A program made the translations under genes and the position numbers. A DNA stretch of 61,834 nucleotides, counting the filler, from Chiloscyllium plagiosum (taxonomy: Eukaryota), in the NCBI RefSeq assembly GCF_004010195.1. It is 4 parts of one record of this genome, joined end to end, with 100 filler letters (N's around TTAATTAATTAA, not from the genome) between each part and the next. Parts side by side here need not be neighbours in the genome. Positions count along the whole stretch, not along the records: positions 1 to 16,234 come from NC_057715.1; 3 more parts are not named here. One strand, given 5' to 3'. The notes below the pieces were generated by a model. That model was not told the origin of the DNA. It worked only from the letters and a program-made list of their open reading frames with translations, and made no database searches. Positions 1 to 11,498 of the stretch are shown here, piece after piece; position 1 is the stretch's first letter, and the number at the start of each line of letters is the position of its first letter.

Positions 1-222
1 ACAGATGTTCGGGGTTGGTTCTTTACTCAGCGAGTCGTGAGTTCATGGAATGCCCTGCCAGTAGCAGTGGTGGACTCTCCCTCATTATGGGCATTTAAGT
101 GGGCATTGGATAGGCATATGGAGGATAGTGGGCTAGTGTAGGTTAGGTGGGCTTGGATCGGCGCAACATCGAGGGCCCAAGGGCCTGTACTGCGCTGTAT
201 TCTTCTATGTTCTATGTTCTAT
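1..222 (+). mobile_element. CR1 LINE 3' end
   Basis: Encodes the CR1 ORF2 C-terminus (FFTQRVVSSWNALP), followed by a 3' UTR ending in a (TTCTATG)n tail. Confidence 0.8.
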
Positions 223-320
223 TGCCCTGATATACTCATGCAAAATATGATTTGGCTGGAATGCACACAAAACAATACCGTTTACTCATTTCTGTACATG
301 TGCCAATAATAAATCAAATC
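223..320 (+). mobile_element. Rex1/Babar-like LINE 3' UTR fragment
   Basis: Ends tacatgtgccaataataaatcaaatc, resembling the reverse complement of the Rex/Babar tail at 48744-48830. Confidence 0.45.
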
Positions 321-329
321 GATTCATTT

Positions 330-720
330 GGCATATGGGATCCTGTGCTTTATAAATCAAGCTTGATAGTACTAAAGTGCTGACGTTTTGACAAACTTTA
401 TAAGACACTGGTTCAGTATCAACTGGAGTACTTTTTTTTTGAAAGGACATTAAGGGATAGAGAGGATGCAGAGAAGATATAGAATAATAGTTCCAGGGCT
501 GAGGAACTTCAGTTCAGGGAACAAGATTGGAAAAATTGGAGTCATCACTTTGGAGAAAAGGCAGCTGATATGATTTTGAACATCTGTAACAAAACTCCTG
601 AGTTAAGACAGAATTGAGAGAAACTGACCCCTTGGCAGAAGGATCAAGAACGAGAAAGTACAGACTGGCCAAAGACGAAAAAATCAGAATGGGGTTAAGT
701 AGGTACAATCTGCAATGTAC
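330..720 (+). mobile_element. Degenerate CR1 ORF2 C-terminal fragment
   Basis: Remnant reads LYKTLVQYQLEY, similar to the CR1 motif [12 protein letters not shown], and is followed by further decayed CR1-like sequence. Confidence 0.6.
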
Positions 721-836
721 TGCTTGCAAAGTTGAAGCAAGATTTATTTGAGTTGGATGAACTAAAGTGCTCTGACAGAGATCTGGCACAGCTTATTTTT
801 GTGCTTTAACCGTTTTATAATACCATGCGCTGCTTG

Positions 837-1281
837 TGAGATGTTAAAGGGTTAATTTGTTCTGCTGACATGTAAAAATTGAATGTTTTAGGAGATGTGT
901 TTTTCTGTCTTAAGATAGGATGTGACAATCTAGTCATACTTTGTAAATGCTGCAGTTTAAGAAGTAACCTAATCTCACACTGTTTTAAAGAATAACCTAA
1001 TCACACATTATTGCTGGAAATAATCTCATCACTTTAGATTGTTTTTGGGTGACACGTGACTCTGGGGGAGTGGCAGGGAGTTGTGTCTTGCGTGCATAAT
1101 GGACTGATGTAAAATCATGTATGATCAGGGAGACTCGCTTGACATGCTCTGTATGCATCATGAAGAGTGTTAAGAAATCCTCCAAAACTTGTACTTGCTG
1201 AAATAAACCGTGGCTGTTCACAGAAGTTGGTGTATTGTAGTTGCATCAAGTGTGTAAGAATCTCAAGAAGGGAACCTCACA
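837..1281 (+). repeat. 5' LTR of the ERV
   Basis: Runs TGAGATGTTAAAG...GGAACCTCACA, has AATAAA at 1202-1207, and aligns to 3057-3550. Confidence 0.85.
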
Positions 1282-1519
1282 TTTGATTCCAACATATATG
1301 CAGCTTCTCGGTGGATTGAGTAAGTGATTGCCTGCGTGACACTAATGAGATGGTTGGACCGTGCTAGCTAAGATTTGCCTTGATCTCTCTCACTAAACCC
1401 ACTCAGTCGAGCCCTTGCTCCCTTTGGGGCACCAGACCAGACTGTCAGGTGGGAATAGGATGGAGGAGCCCCCAGGCATGGCTCGTCTGCCAATAACGTT
1501 TCAAAATAATGACACCGGT

Positions 1520-2230
1520 GGCCAGCTATGGTCATAGTGCGGATTTCTGACCTCCTCAGGGACACCTATTCATAACTCACTAGATGTCCAAAAGCCATCT
1601 TCTTCCCTAAGCAACTGTCCATAATCAAATGTGCTGCCCATGTAATGGACAATACGGACATCAGCACTGGCAATCCCAGAGCTGATCGAGCTGCCAAAAA
1701 TATGGCAATAGCTCCCAATTTGATGTGCCCTCTATGAACCGGCAGGCGCTAAATCGATCACCTGCTTTGAAAACAGGCATACCAGACATTGTCCCCGTGC
1801 GGCATTTACAGGAGGATGTCCCTGACCCGGAAAAACAAATATAGTGTTCGCACTCTGTGTCAAAAGGCCTCTGCATCACTCCAGTTTGCCAAGCATGTAT
1901 ACCTGATGCTTTGTTACCAATGCTTATTAACTGTAGTCATACTGCTATCCACCTTGGCAAGGAGGGAATGAGAGAGGAAATGCAAAAATACTTTCAGCAG
2001 CTAACATCATCATCTCTAAAGTTTCTCCGTTCACAGGTAAAGCACGCCTTTGGACCACCGACCAATCTCCACAATCTGATCCAAGCCCCACTCCACTTAC
2101 CCAGTTCCCTGGAAAAGTTACCCATTGCACACTCAGCACAAAGTCACATTCCTGGGAACCTTGCTCAGCGCTTCTGAAAGACAACTGACCACAGAATGCA
2201 TCGCAGCCATTCTGGCAACTCCTGCTCCCC
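1520..2230 (+). pseudogene. ERV pol remnants (RNase H, integrase HHCC start, RT C-terminal piece)
   Basis: RNase H: GQLWS*CGFLTSSGTPIHN and AIFFPKQLSIIKCAAH...GNPRADRAAK (1520-1703). Integrase zinc-finger histidines: ACIPDALLPMLINCSHTAIHLGKEGM (about 1890-1970). RT downstream of YXDD: SLEKL../KVTFLGTLLSASERQLTTECIAAILATPAP (about 2105-2230). Confidence 0.75.
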
Positions 2231-2879
2231 TAGCACCAGCACCGTTTACCTGGAGTAATGGGACACAATGGATTCAATCAGCTCCCAGTCCTGAGTACGA
2301 AAAGTGATAAAGCTAACAACATTGAGGAGGAGGTCTGTATGCTTTTTGCCAGTAGCCTTCCTATGGATATTAAATCACGTGGGTTTTCCATTATCTTTCA
2401 ACTATTTAAGGGATATGAAGGCTCATTGATCAAGCTGACATGAAAATGGCCAGTTGGCTTTGTTACATTTGACAGCAGAGTGGGAGCAGAACCAGCAAAG
2501 GATACATTAAATGGCATTCGATTTGATCCCAAAAATCCTCAGACTCCCCAGTTGGAATTTGCAAAGGTGAACACAAAGATGGCCAAAAGCAAACTGATAG
2601 CCACACGTAACCCGCAAATATGCATCCTGCCTTGGGAGCATAATTTATTGCACAGGACCCCTATGACCTTGCAGGAACAGCACTGATCCCTGCATCTCCA
2701 GAGGCCTGGGCTCCTTATCCACAAATAAACTGACCCCTGCTAAATTGGATTTTGTTTTCAGGTTGGAGTTTACTGAAGGAAATTTTGGATAACTGGCTCG
2801 TTTCCACTTAACTTGGAGGGGGTGGAGTGATCACGAAGGACTGTGGATATAAGAACTTTACTGGTGAACACTTTTTTTT

Positions 2880-2975
2880 CCCCCATGTGGAAGGATCCTA
2901 TCTACTGCATGGACTGGTAATTCTTGTTGTTATAATCATTGTATGTTGTGTGTCAATAGCTTGCTTAAATACTGG
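2880..2975 (+). pseudogene. Env transmembrane-anchor-like remnant
   Basis: Hydrophobic stretch GSYLLHGLVILVVIIIVCCVSIACL just upstream of the PPT, the position where env TM ends. Confidence 0.5.
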
Positions 2976-3056
2976 CTATCAGATTCTTATGAATAAGCCA
3001 GTAGCACCTTTTTCAGTTCCATTTAGTTGGCTATCATAGAATGATAAAGGAGGGAA

Positions 3057-3550
3057 TAAGATGTTAAAGAATTAACTTGTCCTGCTGACATGTAAGAAAT
3101 TGCATGTCCTAGGGATATGTTTTTCTGTCTTACGGGCAGGATGGATCGAGCCCTCACTATCACCTGATGAAGGAGCGTCGCTCCGAAAGCCAATGTGCTT
3201 CCAATTAAACCTGTTGGACTATAACCTGGTGTTGTGTGATTTTTAATCATACTCTGTAAATGCTGCAGTTTAAGGAATAACCTAAATCACACATTATTTC
3301 TGGAAATAATCTAATCACTTTACATTGTTTTTGGGAAGCATGTGACTCTGGGGGAATGGTGGGGGGTTGCATTTTGCATGCATGACTGACTGTGATGTGA
3401 AACCCTGTTCAGGGAGCCTCGCTTGACACACTCCGCAACCATCGTGAAGAGTGTTTAGCGATCCTCCAAAAGCTGCGATTGCTGAAATAAGTCGTGGCTG
3501 TTCACAGGTTTGCATCAAACGTTCAAGTATTTCAAGAAGGGAACCTCACA
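3057..3550 (+). repeat. 3' LTR of the ERV, carrying an insertion at 3144-3246
   Basis: Runs TAAGATGTTAAAG...GGAACCTCACA, is preceded by the PPT and followed by the TSD. Confidence 0.85.
3144..3246 (+). mobile_element. Short Penelope-type pLTR insertion in the 3' LTR, with a degenerate hammerhead
   Basis: Absent from the 5' LTR, where 11 bp (tgacaatctag) occupy the site. Contains CTGATGA-A-GGAGC-gtc-GCTCC-GAAA at 3164-3188. Confidence 0.65.
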
Positions 3551-3814
3551 CTTGGACCGATAATTTGGTACAGGAGGCACTGGCCAAATCCTATCCAATA
3601 TAAAGACCTCTCTGTACATAACATGATTAGAATTTTTAAATCAATCTTGCAGTTGAGCAAAGTTCGAAACATAAGCACATCCAAGTTAGGGACAGGAGGA
3701 GTGGGCCAACAAATCTATTGCTATTTGGTCAGATAATGGCTGATCCAATTCTGGCTTCGACTTTGCTTCCTCTCCTTTCTACTTTTCAAAGTGCTAGTTA
3801 GTTTAGTTTAGGTT

Positions 3815-4161
3815 GAGACAGTGACAGCAGTAATGTCACTGAATGAGTAATCCAGAGCACCAAGCTAGTGTTCTGGGTACCTGGGCTCAAATCCCATCAC
3901 GGCAGATAGCAAATTTGAAATTAAACAAAAGTATGGAATCAAAGATTTGCTTAGGAGGTGATCATAACCTTTTAGGATTATCGTTAAAAACCCATCTGAT
4001 CCACTAATACCCTTCAGGTAAAGAAATCTGCCATCCTTAATTGGTCTAGCCTCCAGCCAACACCACAGCATTATGGTTCACTCAAATGCCCTCGCAGCAA
4101 TTAGGGATGAGTATTAAATACTAGCCTAGTCAGCAAGACCCACATTCCATGAACAAGTAAA
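3815..4161 (+). mobile_element. tRNA-derived SINE sharing its 3' tail with the LINE at 17125-18797
   Basis: B-box-like gggctcaaatccc. Tail taaatactagcctagtcagcaagacccacattccatgaa resembles the LINE tail taaatgctagccagccagtgatgcccacatcccatgagtgaataaaa. Confidence 0.6.
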
Positions 4162-4663
4162 ACCCATCAAAACCCAGTGAGTTGGGAATTGCCACATTTT
4201 TGCAAAATAACTTGCCCGACATCACTATTAGCTACACAAAACTGAATTTTCATGTCTAATCTCCCTGTACATTTTATAAACTTGCTGATAGCGAATGTGT
4301 TTTGGAATATTGAAGTCTTGTTTTAAATTTTTTATCTTACTTTCCTTTTTACCTCTTTCTTTCAAGCTTTCTTTCCCTATATTTTCTTTTCAGTAACAGA
4401 TTTGAATTTAATCACTTTTAATCATATTCACACTCTTATTACTCAATCCTCAAATCACATTAGCTGAGTACAGTGCATAGTTTACCCTGCAGTTCAAAGA
4501 TTCACAATCATCTGCTGCCTCACCTATCAGTGAATGGTCCCAGTAACATTGCCCTCCTCCAGCAAACCCCAGTCCAATATTTATCTATCTCTGCTAAAAT
4601 AAAAGGCTGTTAGTCTCTATAAACATGCATGGTTTTAACAAAAATGAATAAATAAGCTATTAG

Positions 4664-4754
4664 GATTCCTGAAGAAGGGTTCATGCCCGAAACGTCGATT
4701 CTCCTGCTCCTTGGATGCTGCCTGACCTGCTGCGCTTTTCCAGCAACACAGCTC
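4664..4754 (+). mobile_element. Micro-insertion of a Neptune pLTR with hammerhead
   Basis: Same pLTR sequence as 16790-16880. Imperfect 15-bp TSD taaataagctattag / taaataagcaaatag. Confidence 0.75.
4669..4696 (+). ncRNA. Minimal type I hammerhead ribozyme motif
   Basis: CTGAAGA-A-GGGT-tcat-GCCC-GAAA-CGTC. Confidence 0.7.
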
Positions 4755-5029
4755 TAAATAAGCAAATAGACCTGCTAACATACAGCAATGACAAAGCTTT
4801 TCAGTGCTTCGGGTTGAAAAGTGAAAAGCAACTCCACTTCAAAATTTCATATTGTTCAAATTCAAAGAAATAATCTAAAATCTCTTTATATTGCAGTACT
4901 TGGCATGTTCATGATTGGTTTCATTTACATGGTCTACTACCTCAGATATGCTATGAAACATCAGGAGGCAAGATAGCAAACACTCACACTGAAGAAACCA
5001 AATTCTTCCAAACTCCAGTGCAAAAATAA

Positions 5030-5400
5030 GAGGCACCTTGATTCAAACATATCAGGGGTCGAGAAGTATTGCAAGGTCGACATAGAAAGGTTGCTTCCAC
5101 GTATGGAAGAATCTAGGACTAGGGTTCACTGTTAAAAAAAAAAATCCATCTAAAACAGATGTGGCAAATTCTTTTCTCTCACGAGTCTTTGAAATTTTCT
5201 TCTCGAAAGGATGGCAGAAGCAAAGTTCTTGGATATTTAGCAAGTAAATAATAGAAACATAATTGTTAAGCAAGGATGCAAAAGATTATTAGCGATAGGT
5301 GGGAATGCGGATTTGAGGTTTCAATCAGATCAGTAATATCCTATTGAGTGGCAGAGAAGACATGAGTGGTTAAATGGTTTACTCTGGTTTCTTATGAGGT
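5030..5400 (+). mobile_element. Degenerate CR1 3' end
   Basis: Resembles the CR1 C-terminus and 3' UTR seen at 12900-13245 and 44570-44828. Confidence 0.6.
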
Positions 5401-5679
5401 TTGTGCTCCTAACCACTACATAAACCTACCACAAGGATGGACTGGTGCAATATTGACATCTGGAAGATGAAGACAATTTTACACATGAAGTAACTACTAT
5501 TTTCTTCTTTATTCTCAATCAAAATTATAGTGAGCCCTGGAAGTTAAAGACATTTATGGGAATTTCCTTCAGTATCTTCATTTTCAGAGAGTGGTCAAGG
5601 TTTGCATTCCACACAATCCAGTAGTTTTAGTCAAACTATATAAAGATGAATTCATAGAACAAGAAATGTGAAGTGGGCC

Positions 5680-6620
5680 GGTCATTTGTTAGAGCAGGCT
5701 CTGTCATTCATTGCAATTGTATCTTATTACTTACTTGAGCTTCACCTTTCCATTCTCCTATCCCTCAACACTCTCGATGTCCAAAATTCTGTTGAATATT
5801 TGTTTATTTATATTCAGCATCTCTACTTTTCTGGTATTGAGAATTAAAAAGATTCATGACTCAGTGAAGAAACTTCTCAACTCAGTTCTTGATGGTCACT
5901 CAGGTGTTGAAACTATACCTATTTCAGATCCCAGAGTCAGAGCAAATACCTGTCAACTGCTTAAGAATTTCGTTAAGGTTCAATGAAATAATTGAATACT
6001 TTCAAACTCATCTACTCAAGACCCCTCATCCTCGGAATCAGTGAGCTGTACATCTTTGGTCAATGAGACCAGAAATGTACATTGTGTTCCATATGTGGCT
6101 CCAACAAAATTGCAAGGAGGCCTTCTTCATTGAAAAGCAATTGTAACGTAACATAACATTTGCTTTCTTACTCTGTCATGCTAACTTTTGTCGAGTTATG
6201 TACAAGTGTATCCAGGTCCTTACACAGTCCAAACTTTTGCAGTTCCTCACTGTTTAAATAAATATTCTGCTTTTCTATATTTCCCCAAAGTAGATGACAT
6301 TAAACATTTCCACATTAGATTCCATTCATTACTTTCTTAAAAGTCACCAAAACTTGTGGGTTTTTTTCCAGCCTGTTCGCGTCCTTCAGACAGGATACTT
6401 TCCTTCTCAACTTGATATTGTCAGCTAGATAGAATTTCATACATTATATGCTTTTCCCCCTCCCACCGAGTCACAGATAGTGATTGTAAATGATAGAGGC
6501 CCCATTCACTGATCCTCACAGTGGCTCACTACTTGCAGTCTGCCAACCTGAAGGGCATATGCACGTATTTTGCTTTGTGTCCACTAACTAGTCCTCAAAT
6601 TTCTATTCCACAATTCAGCA
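5680..6620 (-). mobile_element. Old degenerate CR1 fragments
   Basis: Reverse complement resembles CR1 RT and its 3' region (e.g. plus-strand ggccccattcactgatcctcacagtggctcactacttgca, similar to the VTSGVPQGSVLGP motif). Confidence 0.5.
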
Positions 6621-7572
6621 CTTGTAAATTTTCTAAAACAACCAATGCTTTTTGAAAATCCAAACACACTACAACCATTACCTTCTCAGGCCTATTCCTC
6701 TCCCTGGCAACTTTCTGAAGGGGAACTAGAATTAAATTAGACAAAACTAAATATGACATATTATTCTGGGATCTGAACTGTCCAGCAATAATATCAACTG
6801 AGATCATAACAAAAGGTTCACATCCCACAAGATTATTATTCAAGCTGATGCTGATATCTAAGCTCTCATAAGTCTTGCTAATCCGTCATTAATACTTGTT
6901 GATTGACACTTGTAAAGTAATACCTTAATTTATTTTTTTTAATCCTAGTTTTAAAATTCTTTCATGATCTTGCTCTTAATTGTTACAATGATCTCCCCAA
7001 CTTTCACAACCTTTGAGTACTGGGAAATTTGCTGTCTAATCTGGTTTCTTGAATAACCCATGATCTTTATCACTATTTGCAGCTTTGCCTTCAGCTGTCT
7101 GGGCCCAAAACTTCAGAGTTCCAGATCTACAATTTGTGAATATCTTATGATGTTTCATTGCATAAAACCATTATATAAGTAAGTTGTTGCTGTGGTTGAA
7201 TATTTCTACCCTTAAGATGTTCCTTGCAACCTATTATTTTGACCCTTCAAAAATTTTAGTCATCTACCCAAAAACCACCTAACATTGGCTAGAGATCAAA
7301 TTTTGCTTTATCATACTCTTACGAAGTGCCCTATGATGCTTTATTATAGTACAATGCACAGTTACAAACCAGACTTCATAACAATCTTTCAGTTGCAATT
7401 TCAGAAGTAAATTAATCAAACACTTCTTTGCCCTTTTCTAAATCCATGCTGATTTAGCTAATTTATGTGGGTGGACTGGCAAAATTGGTGTTCTTCTCCT
7501 TAAAAAGAAATGCGAGGAGGCTTGATCCAGGTGTTCAAACGTCATGTGAGTCTAGAAAGAGTCGATAGACAA

Positions 7573-7690
7573 GCACTTTTGTGGTGCAGTGGTGTCTCTA
7601 TCTCTGAACCACAAGGCCTAGGTTCAAGTCCCACCTGTTTCATACATTTGCAATAATGACATCTCTGAACAGTTTGATCAGAAAATAACC
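7573..7690 (+). mobile_element. Short tRNA-derived SINE
   Basis: A-box-like tggtgcagtgg and B-box ggttcaagtcc. Confidence 0.5.
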
Positions 7691-8056
7691 AGAGTAGAGA
7701 TCGAGAAATTGGCCTATTGACAGAACAGTCATAAAGAAAGACATTGAATTACAAACAACACAAGGAAAAAACACTCTCAACAAGTGGTTATGTTGTAGAA
7801 TGAACTGCTTCTGGATAATGGAGACAAAGTCTAACAGTTTTTCAAATGGAATGGGATAAGCATTGGAAGAAAATAAAATGCATATGTAGTAGAAATGTTT
7901 GGGGCTGGGATGCATACATTGGTCAAATTGTTGAGTCAAATTAATTAAAAACTGACCTGCAAAGTCAAAAAGCATGCATATCAATTTTAAGAGTTTGCAA
8001 ATTAGATTGATCAGCAAAACAAACAGGATCATTTACCAGTTGTCCAAAAGGAAAGA

Positions 8057-8203
8057 ATCATAGAATCCCTACAACGCAAAAGCAAGCTCGTTGAGTCCAC
8101 ACTGACCCTCTGAAAAGCATACCACCCATACCTAACTCTCTACCATATACCCGTAGCTCTACAATTTCCAATTCTCAATCCACCAAATCTGCACATACTT
8201 AGA
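8057..8203 (-). mobile_element. HE1-like SINE 3' fragment
   Basis: Contains atcatagaatccctaca (reverse complement of the HE1 tail) and ccacactgaccctc. Confidence 0.55.
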
Positions 8204-8569
8204 CAAAAGGATCAAAAACCTGGTGTAGATCAACATTATCAGTTAAATGTTAACTTCAGCAAGGAATGGAGAGTCAAAGACCAAGCAGTGCTCACTTTCC
8301 AAAATACTTGCACAAAATTCGGCACTAATTGCTCTATCACAGGCCCAATGCAAAAATCTTAAAGACAAGCACAGGTATGGCAAACTGTGCACTAAACTAA
8401 TATCAAGCAAATTTAAGACAAAGTCAGCAAATCACTGGAATGTTTGGAATATCCAAACTACAGAAGTATACTGTAAATGGCAGAACAGTTAGAAATATTA
8501 ATATTCACAGGGATCAAGGTGCACAGGTCCACAGTTCCCTGAAAGTGACAACACAAGTGGATAAACATA

Positions 8570-9650
8570 GATGCATACAAAACAGGTGCAGGAGTGGTCC
8601 ATTCAGTCCTTCAAGCCCACACCACCATTCAATTTGAGCATGACTGACCATGCAATTTCAGTATCACCCCATTCCAGCTTTCTTTCAGCTGCAAGGACCA
8701 CATCTATCTCCCTTTGAAAATATCTAATAAGCTGGCCACAGGTTCACAACTCTGAGTGAAGAATTCTTCCGTGTCGGTCCTGAATGGCTTACCTCTTGCT
8801 CTTAGACTATGACCCCTAGTTCTGGACTTCCCAACAATTGGAACAATCTTCGCACATCTAGCCTGTCCAGTCCCTCAGGACTTTGTGTTTCTGAGATCCT
8901 TTCTATAATCGTTTAAATTCCAAATGAGCCCCACGCTCAGGAGCCAAATGCTGCCATACGCACCATCTTGGATTGTGTGGAACCTTGTCAAAAGTCTTTT
9001 GACAGTCCAAATGCACAACATCCACCGATTCACCTTTATCCACTCACATCCTCAAAAGTCCAGAAGATTTGTCAAGCATAAATTTCCCTTTCGTGAATCC
9101 ATACTGACTTGGACCGATTCTGTCACCACTTTCCAAATACTCAGTTATTACATTTTTAATAATTGACTCCAGCATTTTCCCCACCACCGATGTCAGGCTA
9201 ACCAGCCAATAAATCGCCATTATCTCTTACCCTCCTTTTTTCAAAAAAAAAAATGCGAGGTGACATTAGCTACCCTCCAGTTCAGTGGAACACTTCCAAA
9301 GCCTACAGAATGCTGGAAAATGCTCACCAATGCATCCACTATTTCTTGGGCCACTTCAAGTACTCTGGGATGCAGAACATCAGACCCTGGGGATTTATCA
9401 GGTTTTAATCCTACCAATTTTCCAAATATCATTTCCTGACAAAAAGGAGTTTCTTCAGTTCCACCTTCATGCTTGACCCTCTGTCTCCTAGCATTGCCAG
9501 AAGGTTACTTGTGCGGCCCTTAGTGAAGGCAGATCCAAAGTATTTGTTCAACTGGTGTGCCATCTTTGTTGTCCATTATGAATTCACTTGACGAACTGTG
9601 AGGGACATATTTGTCTTCACCAGTCTTTTTCTCTTCAGGTAACCATTTTT
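8570..9650 (-). mobile_element. CR1 RT and 3' fragments
   Basis: ORF track shows KLVGLKPDKSPGSDVLHPRVLEVAQEIVDALVSIFQ...WRVANVT. A CR1 3' UTR lies in reverse at about 8570-8880. Confidence 0.8.
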
Positions 9651-9654
9651 GTCT

Positions 9655-10180
9655 TCAACAGTCACAGCATCGAGTACAAAAATTGGCAAATCATATTGCA
9701 GCTGAACAGAACTTCAGTTCGGCCACATTTGAAATATTGCATACAGTTCTGGTCGCTACACTACAAGTAGACTTTGGCAGAGTACAGAAGAGGTTTACCA
9801 TGATGTTGTCTGATCCAGACGGTATGAACTATGAGTACAGACTAAATAAGCTTGGCTGTTTTCATTTCAATGCCAGAGGTGGAGAGTGACCTAGCATAGA
9901 TAAAATATAGATAGTTGGAATTTTCTTTCTACCCTGGCGGTGGAAAGTTCAGTTACTGGGAAACATTGATTTAAGGTAAAGGGGTACATTTAAGGACATA
10001 AGAAACATTTTTTTTAAACATAGAGGGTGGCAAAGAGTCTAGAATATGCTGACAGAAGAGGAGATGGTAAAGGCAGACAAAATAGCAAGGTTTAAGAGGC
10101 AGGGAATAGAAGGATACGGACTGTATACTGTACAGGGAAATGGTTTGTGGTTTAGAAAGGCATTGTGTCAGAGTCATGTG
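9655..10180 (+). mobile_element. CR1 ORF2 C-terminal fragment
   Basis: IEYKNWQIILQLNRTSVRPHLKYCIQFWSLHYK. Confidence 0.75.
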
Positions 10181-10857
10181 GAGAGTTAAAAACAGTTCAA
10201 CCAGTCCACGCTGAACATAATCCCAAATGAGAGTCCCGCCTGTCTGCGCCTGGCCCATATCCCTCCAAACCTTTCCTATACAGGTACTTACTCAAATGTT
10301 GGTGCAGGATTGGTCCGCTGATGGGCCTGTTCCTATGTTGTACTGTTCTTTTTCAAAAAAAAAACAAAGAACAAAGTGCCAAACGCTGTCATTTGGCACA
10401 AAACACTCTAGTAATCAATACCCAGGTTGAGTTGGTCAGGTGATCAATCACTAACAGCAAAGGTCCTGCCAGGAAATTTCAACAACCATGTTATAAAATC
10501 AAATCTCTGCTGGTCACAGTGTTTGCACTCTATCAACAACTTCCCTTCCATTGAGAGATTTCAATTCCTAATTAATTTTTGATTCAAATCTTTTGGGTGT
10601 ATAAGATGGTAATCAGATTATATAGAAAATAAGACCAGGAATAGGCCAGTTAGCCTTTAAGCTTTTATCTAGATGATTGAGATCATGGATTTTGAGGATA
10701 CTCAGTTGCTGCAGTATATTTCATAAATGAAACACGTTGCTGCTAGTTGTATGCTCAGTGGTGGAAAGGGGTGAATATTTAAGATAATAGATGGGGTACC
10801 ACTGAAGCAGACTGCTTTGTTCTAGACTACACTAAATGCAGCTCTTAATGGAGCTAC

Positions 10858-11056
10858 AAGGAGAAAGTGAATACTGCAGATGCTGGAGATCAGAATAAAG
10901 AGTGTGGTGCTGGAAAAGCACAGCAGGTGAGGCAGCATCCGAGGAGCAGGAGAATCAATGTTTCAGGCAAACGTCCTTAATCAGCTCTTGCCCCAAATGC
11001 CAATGCTTCTCGGATACTGCCTGATCTGCTGTGCTTTTCCAGCACCACACACTTGA
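10858..11056. mobile_element. Fold-back Penelope pLTR micro-insertion
   Basis: Inverted pLTR halves (gtgtggtgctggaaaagcacagcag / ctgctgtgcttttccagcaccacac). Perfect 16-bp TSD ctcttaatggagctac at 10842-10857 and 11057-11072. Confidence 0.8.
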
Positions 11057-11372
11057 CTCTTAATGGAGCTACCCCCAACCATCTGAGAAGTCAGAGTGCA
11101 GTTACTGATCACAGAATGCCCAGCTTCAGATGTGCTCTTGTACCCACCCTGTTTACACGGTTTGTCCAGTTCCGCTTCCAGTCAATTGTAAACCCCAGTG
11201 TGATGAGAATTTCAAGAAAAAGCACAGATGGAACAATAAAGGCGGATCTGTCAAGCGACATCCATGTGTCATACAATAGTAATAAAAATCTTGAATGCAT
11301 ACTTACAAAACTTTTTCAAATAGACAAGTCAAGCATTCTTCTTGCTTTTCCTCACAATCCAAAAGTACCTAC

Positions 11373-11498
11373 CTTCAACACTTAAGGAACTCATCTTTGA
11401 TTCTAAGAAATCAAATAACGTGCTTGGTGCAGATGGCCTTGCATTTGTTAAATTGTCATCATCTTCGGGTCTTGACCTGCCTCTACCTCTTCCTTTTC
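11373..11498 (-). CDS. TDRD3: Internal coding exon of Tudor domain-containing protein 3 (segment just after the UBA domain)
   Basis: Translates as (G)[41 protein letters not shown], matching vertebrate TDRD3 as I recall it ([40 protein letters not shown]). Flanked on the minus strand by acceptor ttcctttag| and donor |gtaggt. Length 126 bp, phase 1-1. Confidence 0.93.

Larger units (their letters stand above)
837..3550 (+). mobile_element. Internally deleted class I (epsilon/gamma-like) endogenous retrovirus with two LTRs
   Basis: Direct repeats at 837-1281 and 3057-3550 with TG..CA ends (TA.. at the start of the 3' copy). 4-bp TSD CTTG at 833-836 and 3551-3554. Polypurine tract aaaggagggaa at 3046-3056. 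The interior contains RNase H, integrase-Zn, RT and TM-like remnants. Confidence 0.85.

Noticed and set aside
1282..1300. Possible primer-binding site after the 5' LTR (tttgattccaac)
   Set aside because: It lacks an intact TGG and I cannot match it to a tRNA 3' end.
7640..8032. 130-aa hydrophobic ORF and many other 60-130 aa ORFs
   Set aside because: No recognisable motifs or splice support. They are antisense to decayed repeats or chance ORFs in AT-rich DNA.
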